The notes beneath the pieces were generated by a model. The model was given only the letters and a program-made list of their open reading frames with translations. It made no database searches and was not told the DNA's origin. This document shows positions 41,697 through 53,130 of a stretch of DNA of 64,000 nt, in pieces. A program made the position numbers and the translations under genes. This DNA is from an uncultured Candidatus Rokubacteria bacterium (lineage in GTDB: Bacteria; Methylomirabilota; Methylomirabilia; Rokubacteriales; CSP1-6), in NCBI GenBank assembly GCA_963789955.1, contig CAWBMV010000022.1, positions 96,001 to 160,000 of the forward strand, read 5' to 3'. The first letter of the stretch is position 1, and every line of letters starts with the position of its first letter.

Positions 41697-43348
41697 AAGA
41701 TCTCCGGAAGGTCGTCCCGCCCAAGCGGGAGATCCTCCGCGGCATCTGGCTGTCGTTTTTCCACGGAGCGAAGATCGGCGTGCTCGGCGCGAACGGCGCC
41801 GGCAAGTCCTCGTTGCTCCGCATCATGGCCGGCGTCGACCGCGACTTCCTCGGTGAGGCGTTCCCCGCCTCGGGACTCCGGATCGGCTATCTGCCGCAGG
41901 AGCCGCAGCTCGATCCGGCCAAGGACGTCCGCGGCAACGTCGAGGAAGGCGTCGCCGAGGTCCGGGCACTGCTCACGCGATTCGAGGAGGTCAGCGCCAA
42001 GCTCGGCGAGCCGCTCGAGGCAGACGAGATGGAGAAGCTGCTCGATGAGCAGGCGAGGCTCCAGGACAAGATCGACGCCTCGAACGCCTGGGACCTCGAC
42101 CGCACCGTGGAGCTCGCGATGGACGCGCTCCGGGTCCCGCCGGGCGAGATGGACGTGACGAAGATCTCGGGCGGCGAGCGGCGGCGTGTCGCCCTCTGCC
42201 GGCTGCTCCTCGCGCGCCCGGACATGCTCCTCCTCGACGAGCCGACGAACCATCTGGATGCCGAGTCGGTCGCGTGGCTCGAACGGTTCCTCAAGGAGTA
42301 TCCGGGTACGGTCGTCGCGATCACCCACGACCGCTACTTCCTCGACAACGTGGCGGGCTGGATCCTCGAGCTCGACCGCGGCCACGGCATCCCGTGGGAG
42401 GGCAACTATTCGTCCTGGCTCGAGCAGAAGCGTCAGCGGCTCGAGCAGGAGGAGAAGGCCGATCTCTCGCGCGAGCGCACGCTCGCCCGCGAGCTCGAGT
42501 GGGTGCAGATGTCGCCGAGGGCCCGCCAGGCCAAGAGCAAGGCGCGCCTGCAGGCCTACGACGCGATGCTGAACGAGTCGTTCGACAAGCGCGCGTCCGC
42601 GCTCGAGATCGCGATTCCGCCCGGGCCGCGACTCGGCGACGTCGTCGTCGAGGCCGACGACGTGCGGAAGTCGTACGGCGATCGCGTCCTGGTCGAGGAC
42701 CTTTCGTTCAAGCTGCCGCGCGGCGGCATCGTCGGCGTCATCGGCCCCAACGGCGCCGGGAAGACGACCCTGTTCCGGATGATCGTCGGCCAGGAGAAGC
42801 CCGACGCCGGGACGTTGCGGGTGGGCGACACGGTGACGCCCGCCTACGTCGACCAGAGCCGCGATGCGCTCGACGCGCGCCGAACCGTCTGGGAGGAAAT
42901 CTCCGGCGGCGCCGACACGATCACGCTCGGCGACCGGACCGTGCAGTCGCGCAGCTACGTCGCCTCGTTCAACTTTCGCGGCACCGATCAGCAGAAGCGT
43001 GTCTCGGAGCTCTCGGGCGGCGAGCGCAACCGCCTGCATCTGGCGACGATGCTCAAGAGCGGCGCCAATCTCCTCTTGCTCGACGAGCCCACGAACGATC
43101 TCGATGTCGACACGCTGCGCGCGCTGGAGGACGCACTCCTGGACTTCGCCGGATGCGCGGTGGTGATCAGCCACGATCGCTGGTTCCTCGACCGGATCGC
43201 GACCCACATCCTGGCGTTCGAAGACGAAGGCCGTGTGGTCTGGTCCGAGGGCAACTACACCGACTACGAGGCCGATCGCCGCAAGCGGCTCGGCGCCGAG
43301 GCCGAGCGGCCGCATCGGCTACGGTTCAAGCGTCTGCGGCGCGACTGA
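41669..43348 (+). CDS. ettA: Energy-dependent translational throttle protein EttA (ABC-F)
   Basis: [18 protein letters not shown], two ABC domains, [11 protein letters not shown]. Confidence 0.96.
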   Translation: MAGEYAFVMKDLRKVVPPKREILRGIWLSFFHGAKIGVLGANGAGKSSLLRIMAGVDRDFLGEAFPASGLRIGYLPQEPQLDPAKDVRGNVEEGVAEVRALLTRFEEVSAKLGEPLEADEMEKLLDEQARLQDKIDASNAWDLDRTVELAMDALRVPPGEMDVTKISGGERRRVALCRLLLARPDMLLLDEPTNHLDAESVAWLERFLKEYPGTVVAITHDRYFLDNVAGWILELDRGHGIPWEGNYSSWLEQKRQRLEQEEKADLSRERTLARELEWVQMSPRARQAKSKARLQAYDAMLNESFDKRASALEIAIPPGPRLGDVVVEADDVRKSYGDRVLVEDLSFKLPRGGIVGVIGPNGAGKTTLFRMIVGQEKPDAGTLRVGDTVTPAYVDQSRDALDARRTVWEEISGGADTITLGDRTVQSRSYVASFNFRGTDQQKRVSELSGGERNRLHLATMLKSGANLLLLDEPTNDLDVDTLRALEDALLDFAGCAVVISHDRWFLDRIATHILAFEDEGRVVWSEGNYTDYEADRRKRLGAEAERPHRLRFKRLRRD

Positions 43349-43994
43349 CGAGCGGGCGCGAGCAGCAGATCAGCGTGTTCTCGCCGGTGCGCCGCACGCG
43401 GCGAATCTTCACGTCGCGGAAGTAGAGCCGCAAGGTCCGCGCCATCGGCTTGGGATCGCCGTGCCGGTGACGGTTGATCACCAGCGATCCCCGCGGCGTC
43501 ACCAGCGGCACCATCGCCAGGAGCTTCGGCAGCGCCACCTCCGGCTCGTCGGCGTAGGTGACGTCCTCCATCACGTAGTCGAACTGCCGTCCGGCCCGCG
43601 CGAGCCCGGTGATCGCCGTCTCGGCGTCGGCGCAGACGATCTCGAGCTTCCCGATCCGATCCAGCCCGAACCACTCGCTGGCGACGCGCACGATGACGGG
43701 GTCGCGCTCGATCACGGTGATCTGTCGCGGAGCGGCGAGCCGATGGAGCAGATGAATCTGGGTCCCGCCACCGAGCCCGATCAGGAGCGCGGACGGCCGC
43801 CGCGGCAGCTCGATGAACGCGAGCGCCTTCCACCAGTACTCGCGCCGCACGCGCGTCCAGTTCCCGTCGAGCGGATAGATCGAAAGAATCTCGCCGTGAA
43901 CCATGAGCTGGCGCTCTTTGCCGCGGTCGACGACTCGAATCTTGCCCGACAGACGCGACCAGCCTCGGAAAGCGATTCGCGGCCGCTCGATCAC
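43326..43994 (-). CDS. Spermidine-synthase-like SAM-dependent methyltransferase
   Basis: [24 protein letters not shown]...D. Confidence 0.75.
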   Translation of the reverse strand: MIERPRIAFRGWSRLSGKIRVVDRGKERQLMVHGEILSIYPLDGNWTRVRREYWWKALAFIELPRRPSALLIGLGGGTQIHLLHRLAAPRQITVIERDPVIVRVASEWFGLDRIGKLEIVCADAETAITGLARAGRQFDYVMEDVTYADEPEVALPKLLAMVPLVTPRGSLVINRHRHGDPKPMARTLRLYFRDVKIRRVRRTGENTLICCSRPLVSRAADA

Positions 43995-44090
43995 ACGGAG
44001 CGGCGCATGGTGGGCAGACCGATCGATCGCGCCGGGCTCGGGAGCTCCGGCCGGTGTGGAGCTTTCTACGCCGACGCGTGTCGTATCTGA

Positions 44091-44330
44091 ATCGCTCGCC
44101 TCGGCCGGCGGGGCCCCAGCCCCGCGACGCTCTGCGGCTCGCGGTTGATCGGATCGCTCGCCTCGATCGGCGGGGCCCCAGCCCCGCGACGCTCTGCGGC
44201 TCGCGGTTGATCGGGATCGCTCGCCTCGATCGGCGGGGCCCCAGCCCCGCGACGCTCTGCGGCTCGCGGTTGATCGGGATCGCTCGCCTCGATCGGCGGG
44301 GCCCCAGCCCCGCGACGCTCTGCGGCTCGC
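44091..44330. repeat. Tandem array of ~3.8 x 63-bp palindromic (REP-like) units
   Basis: Units start at 44091, 44153, 44216 and 44279; each has a GCGGGGC-ccca-GCCCCGC hairpin. Confidence 0.93.
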
Positions 44331-44331
44331 A

Positions 44332-45100
44332 CTACCGGGGCTGCATCCGGATCGCGCCGTCGAGGCGAATGGTTTCGCCGTTCAGCATCGAATTCTCGAT
44401 GATGTGCGCCGCCAGGGCGGCGAATTCGGGCGGCCGGCCGAGGCGCTGCGGGAACGGCACCTGCTTGCCGAGTGAAACGCGGATCGGATCGGGCAGGGTG
44501 GCCAGGAGCGGCGTGTCGAAGATCCCGGGTGCGATCGTCACGACGCGAATGCCGAGCTCGGCGAGATCACGCGCGACCGGCAAGGTCATGCCGACGATGC
44601 CGCCCTTCGAAGCGGAGTACGCGGCCTGGCCGATCTGACCATCGAAGGCCGCGACCGAGGCGGTGTTGATCACGACGCCTCGCTCGCCTTCGGGACCGGG
44701 AGCGTTCTTGGCCATGAGCGCGGCGGTGAGGCGGATGCAGTTGAAGGTTCCGATGAGGTTCACCTGGATGACGCGGGTGAATTCTTCGAGCTTCGCCGGG
44801 CCTGATTTGCCGACGGTCTTCATCGCGGTGCCGATGCCGGCGCAGTTGACGAGCACGTTGATGCCGCCGAGCCGGTCACCGGCGGTCTGGAGAGCCGCGC
44901 TCACCTCGTCGGCGTTCGTGACGTCGGCGGGGGTGAAGATCGCGCGCTGGCCCATGGCTTTTGCGGTTTCGGCGCCCGGCGACGCCGGACGGTCGAGCAA
45001 TGCGACGGTGGCCGCCAGCCGCGAGGAGACGTTCGGCAGTGGCGCGCCCGAGCCCCGAAGCGCCTCCGGTCACGACGGCTTTCACGCTGCGAAGTTCCAT
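44332..45100 (-). CDS. 3-hydroxyacyl-CoA dehydrogenase type II (SDR); apparent frameshift(s) near 45010
   Basis: [49 protein letters not shown]. Confidence 0.9.
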
Positions 45101-45233
45101 TGGCTCCTCCTGGGCTCGCATTCTAGCCGATCGCGTCTGTCCGGGCTGATCCCCACTATCTAGTGGCGTTTTCCCGCTCGTTCCCCTACATCTTCGTCTT
45201 GCCTGATACTCGTCATGTGATTAGCATTTCGGC

Positions 45234-45794
45234 ATGGGCGACCGCCTGGCGCCGATTCGAGGCGAGATCACCGAGATCGTCGGCGGGCTCTCGTCCGGTC
45301 GCACCAGCCATCTGCTCGCGTGTCTGGGCGAGGTCGTGGACCGAGGCGAGACCGCGGCGCTCGTCGACACCGAGGAGATCTTCGACCCGGGATCGGCCGC
45401 GTCGGCCGGAATGGACCTCCGCCGTCTCCTGTGGGTTCGTTGTGGAAGCAATCGTGAGGTGGCGCTTCGCGCCGCCGACATGCTCGTTCGCTGTCCGGGA
45501 TTCGCGCTGGTCGCGCTGGATCTGGGCGAGCGGGTGCCACGCCTGACGACGACCATGGCGTTTCGGCTGAAGTTCGCGGTGCGGCGAACCGACGTCGCCC
45601 TGCTGATCGTCGGTCGTCGCCGTCTCACCGGAGCGAGCGCGGCGCTGGCCGTCGAGACGCTCCGAGAGGGGATCGAGTGGGCCGGGCCGGGGGCCGCCCC
45701 CACGCGGCTCGCGCGCGTACGCACGACGACGCGTGTGCTCCGTGCTCGCGGCGGCGCGCCCGGACGGCAACCGTCGAGCTGGTGGAGCGCGTGA
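45234..45794 (+). CDS. imuA: ImuA-like (RecA-like) mutagenesis protein
   Basis: G.ITEI.G..SSGRTS, A.VD...FDP.SA...G.DL.RLL.VR; position upstream of imuB. Confidence 0.75.
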   Translation: MGDRLAPIRGEITEIVGGLSSGRTSHLLACLGEVVDRGETAALVDTEEIFDPGSAASAGMDLRRLLWVRCGSNREVALRAADMLVRCPGFALVALDLGERVPRLTTTMAFRLKFAVRRTDVALLIVGRRRLTGASAALAVETLREGIEWAGPGAAPTRLARVRTTTRVLRARGGAPGRQPSSWWSA

Positions 45795-47314
45795 GCCGGT
45801 TCGCGTGCATCCTGGTCGAGCATTTCGACGCGGCAGCCGTCGAGCGGTGCGAGCCCGCGCTCCGCGAGCGCCCGCTGGCGATTCTCAATCCCCGGGTCGA
45901 TCGCCCGAACGTCGGGCGCGCCGGCGCTCCGACGGCCAGGATCATGACGACCATCGAGGCGAACGTCGCCGCCCGCGAGCAAGGCGTGCGCCCGGGCATG
46001 ACCGAGACAGAAGCGCGGGCCCGCTGCCCGATGCTGGTCACGCGGCCGCGGGTCGAGGAACACGTCGCGTCGGCGCGTCACGCGCTGCTCGAGGCCGCGC
46101 TGGCCGTTTCGCCACGGATCGAGGACGGCGGAGCGGGGCTCGCGTACATCGATACGGTCGGGCTCGAGCGGCTCATCGGCGATCCCGCGACGATCGGACG
46201 ACGTCTCGTGCATCAGGTGCGAGCCATCGGGCTGATCCCGCGCATCGGGCTCGCGGCGAGCCGCACCGCCGCGCGGATGGCCGCGTCGACGGGATCGGGA
46301 GCGGTGACCGTCATTCCGCCCGGACACGAGCGCGCGATGCTCACGAGGATTTCCATCGCCGCACTCGATCTTGCTCCGGATTTCACGGCGACGCTCGGAC
46401 GCTGGGGAGTCCGGACGCTCGGCGAGCTGGCCGCGCTGCCTCGCGAAGGCCTGGCCGCGCGCCTGGGACCGGCCGGACTCCGCGCTCACGATCTGGCGCT
46501 CGGTCTCGACCGCGATCCATTTCGTCCGTGGACGCCGCCGCCGTTCTGGGAAGAAGCGCAGGGGCTCGAGTGGGAGATCGACTCGCTCGGCGTCCTCGCC
46601 GGGGTGCTCGAGACCGTGCTGGAGCGGCTCTGCCGGCGACTCACGGCGGTGTCGCTCGTCGCCGATTCGCTCGAGATCCGGCTCGGTCTCGCCTCCGGCG
46701 GTCATCATGCGCGAGACGTCTCGCTCGCGTACCCGATGAGCGAGGTCAAGCCGATGCTCACCTTGGCCGTCCTCGACCTCGAAGCGCATCCACCACCTGC
46801 GGCGGTGACGCGAGTCACGATCAGCGCCCATCCGATCCGTACTCGAGAGGGGCAGGGAGGGCTCTGGCAACCGCCCGCGCCTGCTCCTCGCGATCTGGTG
46901 ACGGTGCTCGCCCGCCTCGCGGCTCTCGTCGGCGCCGACAATCTGGGATCGCCCGTGTTGCTCGATTCGCACCGCTCCGATGCCTTCACGCTGTTCGCGT
47001 TTTCGCCGCCGAGCGATGCCGCAGCGGCCGGTCGCCGTGGCGAAGAGTCCCCCCAGGCTGGGCGGCGGCTCGCGCTGCGAAGGATGCGGCCGGCGCGGCG
47101 CGTGGAGGTCGAGATCGCGGGCGAGCGCCCGGTGCGCGTGGAGTCGCGATCCGTCATGGCCTCCGCCGGTCCATGGCGAGGGTCAGGCGAGTGGTGGGAC
47201 CACCAGGCCTGGGCGCGCGACGAGTGGGACGTGGTGCTGGGTGACGGTGCGCTCTGCCGGCTCGTCCGCGATCGACTCGCGGGCCACTGGTATCTCGACG
47301 GCTTCTACGACTGA
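45791..47314 (+). CDS. imuB: ImuB, inactive Y-family polymerase
   Basis: A...GVRPGM...EA.A.CP, WG.RTLGE.A.LP, GPW...GEWW, RD.W, W..DG.YD. Confidence 0.88.
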   Translation: MSRFACILVEHFDAAAVERCEPALRERPLAILNPRVDRPNVGRAGAPTARIMTTIEANVAAREQGVRPGMTETEARARCPMLVTRPRVEEHVASARHALLEAALAVSPRIEDGGAGLAYIDTVGLERLIGDPATIGRRLVHQVRAIGLIPRIGLAASRTAARMAASTGSGAVTVIPPGHERAMLTRISIAALDLAPDFTATLGRWGVRTLGELAALPREGLAARLGPAGLRAHDLALGLDRDPFRPWTPPPFWEEAQGLEWEIDSLGVLAGVLETVLERLCRRLTAVSLVADSLEIRLGLASGGHHARDVSLAYPMSEVKPMLTLAVLDLEAHPPPAAVTRVTISAHPIRTREGQGGLWQPPAPAPRDLVTVLARLAALVGADNLGSPVLLDSHRSDAFTLFAFSPPSDAAAAGRRGEESPQAGRRLALRRMRPARRVEVEIAGERPVRVESRSVMASAGPWRGSGEWWDHQAWARDEWDVVLGDGALCRLVRDRLAGHWYLDGFYD

Positions 47315-47317
47315 TCC

Positions 47318-50300
47318 GTGTTCATCGAGCTGCACGCGCAGTCGGCGTTCTCGTTCCTCGAAGGCGCCGAGCATCCCGAGGCGTTCGCCGCCGAGGCCGC
47401 GCGCCTCGACATGCCCGCGATCGCCCTGGTGGACCGCGACGGCGTCTACGGCGCGGCCCGGCTGGCTCGCGCCGCCGCGACAGCGGGCGTGAAGCCGATC
47501 GTCGGCAGCGAGCTCACCTTGGCCGACGGCTCACGCCTTCCGCTGCTCGTGGAAGATCGCGAGGGCTACCAGAACCTGTGCCGCCTGATCACGCGGATGA
47601 AGCTCGGAGCCCCGAAAGGATCGGCGTCACTCGCCCTGGAACACCTCGAGCCGAGCACCGCGGGGCTGGTGTGTCTCACCGGCGGCGCACGCGGCCCGCT
47701 GGCGCTGAGGCTCGCCGCCGGTGACGACGACGGCGCCCGCCGGATCCTGGATCAGCTGGTCGCGCTCTTCGGGCGCTCGAGCTGCTTCGTCGAAGTGCAA
47801 CGCCAGTATTCGCGCGAGCAGGAACAGATGCTCCAGCGGCTGGTGACGCTCGCCCGCTCGGCCCGCGTGCCGCTGGTCGCGTCCAACCAGCCGCTCTTCG
47901 CGCGTCCCGAGGGGCGCCCGCTGGCCGACGTCTTCACCTGCATCCGCGAGAAGACCGATCTCGATCACGCCGGCCGCCGGCTCCTGGCGAACGGCGAGCG
48001 CTCGCTGAAGAGTGCTCACGCGATGACCGAGCTGTTCCGGGACTTGCCCGATGCCCTCGACAATACCGGCGAGCTCGCCCTGAGGCTCGCCTTCACCTTG
48101 AAGGACCTGGGATATCGGTTCCCGGAGTTCCCGCTTCCGCCCGGCCAGACTCCGCTGGGCTACCTGCGGGAGCTGACCGAGCGCGGCGTGCGGGCGCGCT
48201 ACGGCGAGGGCACGCTCGCCGCGCGCGCGCGGCACCAGGTCGCGCACGAGCTCGAGCTCATCGGCCGGCTCGACCTCGCGGGCTATTTCCTGATCGTCTG
48301 GGACATCGTCGAGCACTGCCGCACCCACGACATCCTGGTCCAGGGACGCGGCTCGGCGGCCAACAGCGCGGTCTGCTACGCGCTCGGGATCACGGCGGTG
48401 GACCCCGTCGGCATGGAGCTCTTGTTCGAACGATTCCTCAGCGAAGCGCGCGGCGAATGGCCCGATATCGATCTGGATCTCCCGAGCGGCGAGCGGCGTG
48501 AAGCGGTGATCCAGCACGTCTACCGTCGATACGGACGGCTCGGCGCGGGGATGACCGCCAACGTGATCACGTACCGAGGCCGGAGCGCGGCACGCGAGGT
48601 GGGCCAGGCGCTCGGGCTTCCGAGCGACATGCGCGATCGGCTCGCGAAGCTCGTCGCCAACTGGGGCTACCAGGATCCGGAGGAGCTCCTGACCAAGCAT
48701 CTGCCCGAGGCCGGCTGCGATCCGACCTCACCGCGCATCCGCCGCTTCGCCACGCTCTGGACGCGGATCCAGGATTTGCCGCGCCATCTCGGCCAGCACT
48801 CGGGCGGGATGGTGATCGCCGCGGGCCGGCTCGACGACGTCGTGCCCATCGAGCCCGCGACGATGCCGGGTCGGGTCGTCGTCCAGTGGGACAAGGACGA
48901 CTGCGCGGGGCTCGGCATCGTGAAGGTGGATCTCCTCGGGTTGGGAATGATGTCGGTGCTCCAGGATTCGCTGACCCTGGTGCGCGAGACGGGCGGCTCG
49001 GTCGATCTGGCGCAGCTGCCGCCGGATGATCCCGGCCGTGTACCGGAGCTTACAAGAGGCCGACACGATCGGCGTGTTCCAGGTCGAGAGCCGCGCCCAG
49101 ATGGCGACGCTCCCGCGCGTCCGGCCCGAGCGCTTCTACGACCTCGTCGTGCAGGTGGCGATCATCCGCCCCGGACCGATCGTGGGCGACATGGTGCATC
49201 CCTACATCCGACGCCGGCGCGGCCGCGAGCCCGTGACGTATGCGCATCCGAGCCTCGAGCCGATCCTCCGTCGCACGCTCGGCGTGCCGCTCTTCCAGGA
49301 GCAGCTCCTGAAGATGGCGATGGTGACCGCCGGATTCACGGCGACGGAGGCGGAGGAGCTGCGGCGTGCGTTCGGCTTCAAGCGGAGCGAGCGCCTCATG
49401 GCCGAGGTCGAGACGAAGCTGCGCGCGGGCATGGCGCGTCAGGGAATCCACGGCACCGCCGCCGAGGAGATCGTCCACGCGATCACCGCGTTCGCGCTCT
49501 ATGGTTTTCCTGAGTGTGTCGTCGGTGACACGCGGGTGATCGACGCCGATACCGGGCGCTGGGTGGCGATCGAGGACATCGTGAGCGGACGCGTCCGTGT
49601 CGAGAGCACCCTGGCGTGCGACGAGACACATGCGACTACGCAAGCGCCGCGTGCTCGCGGCGACGCCGAGCGGGCCCCGGATGGTCTTTCGCGTTCGCAC
49701 GGCCCTCGGCCGGGAGCTCATGGCGACAGCCGAGCATCCTCTACTCACGATGAGCGGATGGCGCGCACTTGCGAGTCTTCGTGTCGGCGACCACGTGGCA
49801 GCCGCGCGCGCGCTTCCTGCGCTTGGGCGACGGCGCTGGCCGCGGTACAAGCTCATCGTGCTCGCAGACCTCATCGCTGAAGGCAACCTCTGTCATCCCA
49901 CGACGTTCTATTTCTATACGACCGATCCGCGGCACCGTGACGAGTTCGTGGACGCCGTGCAATGTTTTTCCAATACGCGCGCGACCATCGCGCGCCATCG
50001 GAACTGCTACAGCGTGCACGTCCGCCGCAACGGGGAAGCGGGCCGGATCGGAGCTGTTGAATGGGCGCGGGCACTCGGAATCTGGGGCGCGAACGCGCGT
50101 GCGAAGCGCTTCCCGGCGGAGGTATTCGAGCTTCGCGCGCCGGATCTTGCGTTGCTGCTCGCTCGCCTCTGGGAGGGCGATGGCTCGCTGTCGTCGTCGA
50201 GTCATGCGTCGTACGACACGGCCTCCCGTCGTCTGGCGATCGAAGTCCAGCATCTCCTTTTGCGACTCGGGATCGTGTCGAGGCTTTACACTCGCTCACA

Positions 50301-51696
50301 CCTGTACCGGGAGCGCCGCGTCACCAGCTTCGTCGTCACGATCACCGGCCAGGAGAACTTGAAGTGGTTCTACCGACGCATCGCCTGCCGTTTCCTTGAC
50401 CAACGTAAGCGGCTGAAGGCGAGAGTCCTCGTGCGGGAGGCTGCTCAGCGACGGGCCTCCCGTGATGTCGTTCCGGTCGCAGTCAAAGCTCTCATCGATC
50501 GTGAGCGGCAGCATCGAAGGGTGACCTGGCATGAGGTAGGACATGGAGCCGGCGTCTCACTGCGGGCGCTGGTCTCTCCAGATACTTCGAAGCGCGGATA
50601 TCGTCGCTGGGTGATCGGCCGATTGGCCGGGTACTTTGACTCGCCCGATTTGGCTCGCCTGGCCGAATCGGACCTCTACTGGGATCGAATCCTGGCGATC
50701 GACGCGCTCGAAGTCCGGGAGACGTACGATCTCCACATCGAAGGCGAGCATAACTTTCTCGCGAACGACCTGGTCGTCCACAACTCACACGCCTCCAGCT
50801 TCGCGCTGCTCGCCTACGCGAGCGCGTATCTGCGCGTCCACCACTCGGCGGCGTTCTACGCGGCGCTGCTCAACAACCAGCCGATGGGGTTCTATCACCC
50901 GGCGACCATCGTGAAGGACGCGCAGCGACACGGGCTGCGTATCCTGCCGATCGATGTCACGCGCTCGCAGTGGCTGTGCACGATCGAGCCGACCGACCGC
51001 GGCGACCCGGCGATGCGGATGGGCTTACGGTACGTCCGAGGACTGCGCGAGCGGGTGGGCCGCGCGATCGTCGAGGCGCGCGAGGCGCGCGCATTCGGCT
51101 CGACCCACGATCTCGCTCGCCGCGCTCAGCTCGACCGTGACGAGCTGGAGACCCTCGCGGCCATCGGAGCGCTGGCCCCTCTCGGCGGCACACGCCGGAC
51201 GAATCTCTGGACGGTGGCGGCGCCGCATCCCGGACCGTTGTTCGCGGATCCGCCACGCGAGCCGAGCCCACTGAGCGACATGACCGACGTCGAGCGGCTC
51301 GCCGCCGACTACGCCGGCACCAGCGTGACGCTCGGGCGCCATCCGATGGCGTTGCGCCGCGCGGCGCTCCGGACCCGCGGCGTGCTGAGCGCGCGGGAGC
51401 TCTCCGCGGTGCAGGACGGCGCGAAGGTCCAGGTGGCGGGGAGCGTCATCGTCCGCCAGCGTCCGGGCACCGCGAAGGGCTTCGTCTTCCTGTCCCTCGA
51501 GGACGAGACCGGGATCGCGAACGTGATCGTGACGCCGCCGATCTTCGCGCGGCATCGCCTGGCGCTGGTGTCCGAGCCCTATCTCCTGGTCGACGGGATC
51601 GCGCAGCGGCAAGACGGCGTCATCTCCGTGCGCGCGCGCCGTGCCCAGGGGCTTCCGGCGCTCGGTCACCACGTTCCGTCTCACGACTTCGGGTAA
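47318..51696 (+). CDS. dnaE2: Error-prone DNA polymerase DnaE2 containing an intein (apparent frameshifts near 49035 and 49625)
   Basis: ELH..S.FSFL.GA, GRGSAANS, PDIDLD, FQVESRAQM, YGFPE/SHA, RQRPGTAKG, C-terminal SHDF. Confidence 0.95.
49515..50784 (+). mobile_element. Intein with LAGLIDADG homing endonuclease
   Basis: Starts CVVGDT; TAEH block B; LADLIAEG and LWEGDGS; ends VVHN followed by Ser; splits GFPE|SHA. Confidence 0.93.
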
Positions 51697-51717
51697 GATG
51701 CAGCCCCGGAGGCATTC

Positions 51718-52476
51718 ATGTTCGATCTCAAGGGCAAAGTCGCGATCGTCACCGGTGGTAACGGCGGGATCGGCCTGGGCATGGCCCAGGGGCTCGCGAG
51801 CGCGGGCGCTCGCGTGGTCGTGGCCGCCCGCAACCAGACGAAGTCCGACGCGGCCGTGCGCGCGCTCGAGAAGCTCGGCGGCCAGCCGCTCTCGATCGCC
51901 GTCGATGTGGCGGACGAGGCGTCGGTCAATGCTCTGATCAAATCCACGGTCGACCGGTGCGGTCGTCTCGACATCCTCGTGAACAACGCGGGGACCAACG
52001 TCCGCAAGCAGCCCCAGGACTACACGCTCGCCGAGTGGCATCACGTCCTCGATACCAACTTGACCAGCGCCTTTCTGTGCTCGCGAGCGGCGTACGCGCC
52101 GATGAAGGCGGCCGGGGGCGGCAAGATCATCAACATCGGCTCGATGATGTCCATCTTCGGCGTCTCGTTCTCGCCCGCGTACGGTCCGAGCAAGGGCGGG
52201 CTGGTCCAGCTGACCAAGTCGCTCGCGACCGCCTGGGCCAAGGACAACATCCAGGTGAATGCCGTGCTTCCCGGGTGGATCGACACCGAGCTGACCCGGG
52301 GCGCGCGGCGCCAGGTCACCGAGCTCCACGACAACGTGCTCAGGCGCACTCCCGCCGGACGCTGGGGGACCCTCGAGGACATGGCCGGCGTCGCGGTGTT
52401 CCTGGCGAGCCCCGCCTCCGACTTCGTCACCGGTACCGCCATCCCGGTGGACGGCGGCTACTCCGTGCTCGGCTGA
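51718..52476 (+). CDS. SDR oxidoreductase (KduD/gluconate 5-dehydrogenase-like)
   Basis: TGGNGGIG, NNAG, YGPSK, VDGGY. Confidence 0.9.
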   Translation: MFDLKGKVAIVTGGNGGIGLGMAQGLASAGARVVVAARNQTKSDAAVRALEKLGGQPLSIAVDVADEASVNALIKSTVDRCGRLDILVNNAGTNVRKQPQDYTLAEWHHVLDTNLTSAFLCSRAAYAPMKAAGGGKIINIGSMMSIFGVSFSPAYGPSKGGLVQLTKSLATAWAKDNIQVNAVLPGWIDTELTRGARRQVTELHDNVLRRTPAGRWGTLEDMAGVAVFLASPASDFVTGTAIPVDGGYSVLG

Positions 52477-52649
52477 CGACCGAATCCACGAGCCGAGCGG
52501 GCTGGACGCGAAATCACCGCTGGTACCATTTCGTCGATCCGCCGCAGCCGTGAGAATCCGCTGATTCTCGGACGCGAGAACGTCCTCGTCGAGGTGATTC
52601 GGGCCGAATTTCTTTGCGACGCTGCGGCGGCCCCTGCTAGGCTCCGAGC

Positions 52650-53054
52650 ATGAGCATTCAACGTACGCTCGCCGCGTTCCTCGTCCTCGCGCTCACGGCC
52701 GGATGCGCGACCACGTCGTCCAGGCCCGCTCGAAGCGAGTTCGAAGACATTCCGGTGCCGAAGGGGCTGACGTATCAGCCCAGCAAGTCCACGGTGATCG
52801 AATCGCCCTCGGTGAAGGCCGCGCGGCTCGTCTATCGCGGACGGCTGGAGGTCGACAGCCTCAGTGTCGCGATGCGGACCACCTTGGAGGCGAACGGCTG
52901 GCGCTCGGTCAGCAGCACCTCCACCGCGGACCATGGCATCACGCAGGTCTACGAGAAGTCGGGAAGCTCGCTCGAGGTTCACCTGATCGACGGCTGGTGG
53001 TACACGTTCGTCGAGCTGACGGCCAGCCGCGCGCAACAGCAAGCTACGAAGTAA
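52650..53054 (+). CDS. Hypothetical lipoprotein
   Basis: Lipobox TAGC; F.DIP.P pattern. Confidence 0.75.
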   Translation: MSIQRTLAAFLVLALTAGCATTSSRPARSEFEDIPVPKGLTYQPSKSTVIESPSVKAARLVYRGRLEVDSLSVAMRTTLEANGWRSVSSTSTADHGITQVYEKSGSSLEVHLIDGWWYTFVELTASRAQQQATK

Positions 53055-53087
53055 GCCTCTCAGCGCCCGCGTAGCCGAAGGTCAGGG

Positions 53088-53115
53088 TCGGGGGAGGCGT
53101 CGACGCCTCCCCCGA
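53088..53115. terminator. Perfect palindrome between convergent genes
   Basis: TCGGGGGAGGCGTCGACGCCTCCCCCGA. Confidence 0.7.
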
Positions 53116-53130
53116 TCCGGCCGCGAGCGG

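Noticed and set aside
44091..44330. CRISPR array
   Set aside because: No unique spacers, invariant linkers, no cas genes in the window
45101..45233. LexA/SOS box upstream of imuA
   Set aside because: Only weak TTCCC direct repeats; no convincing match to a box I know
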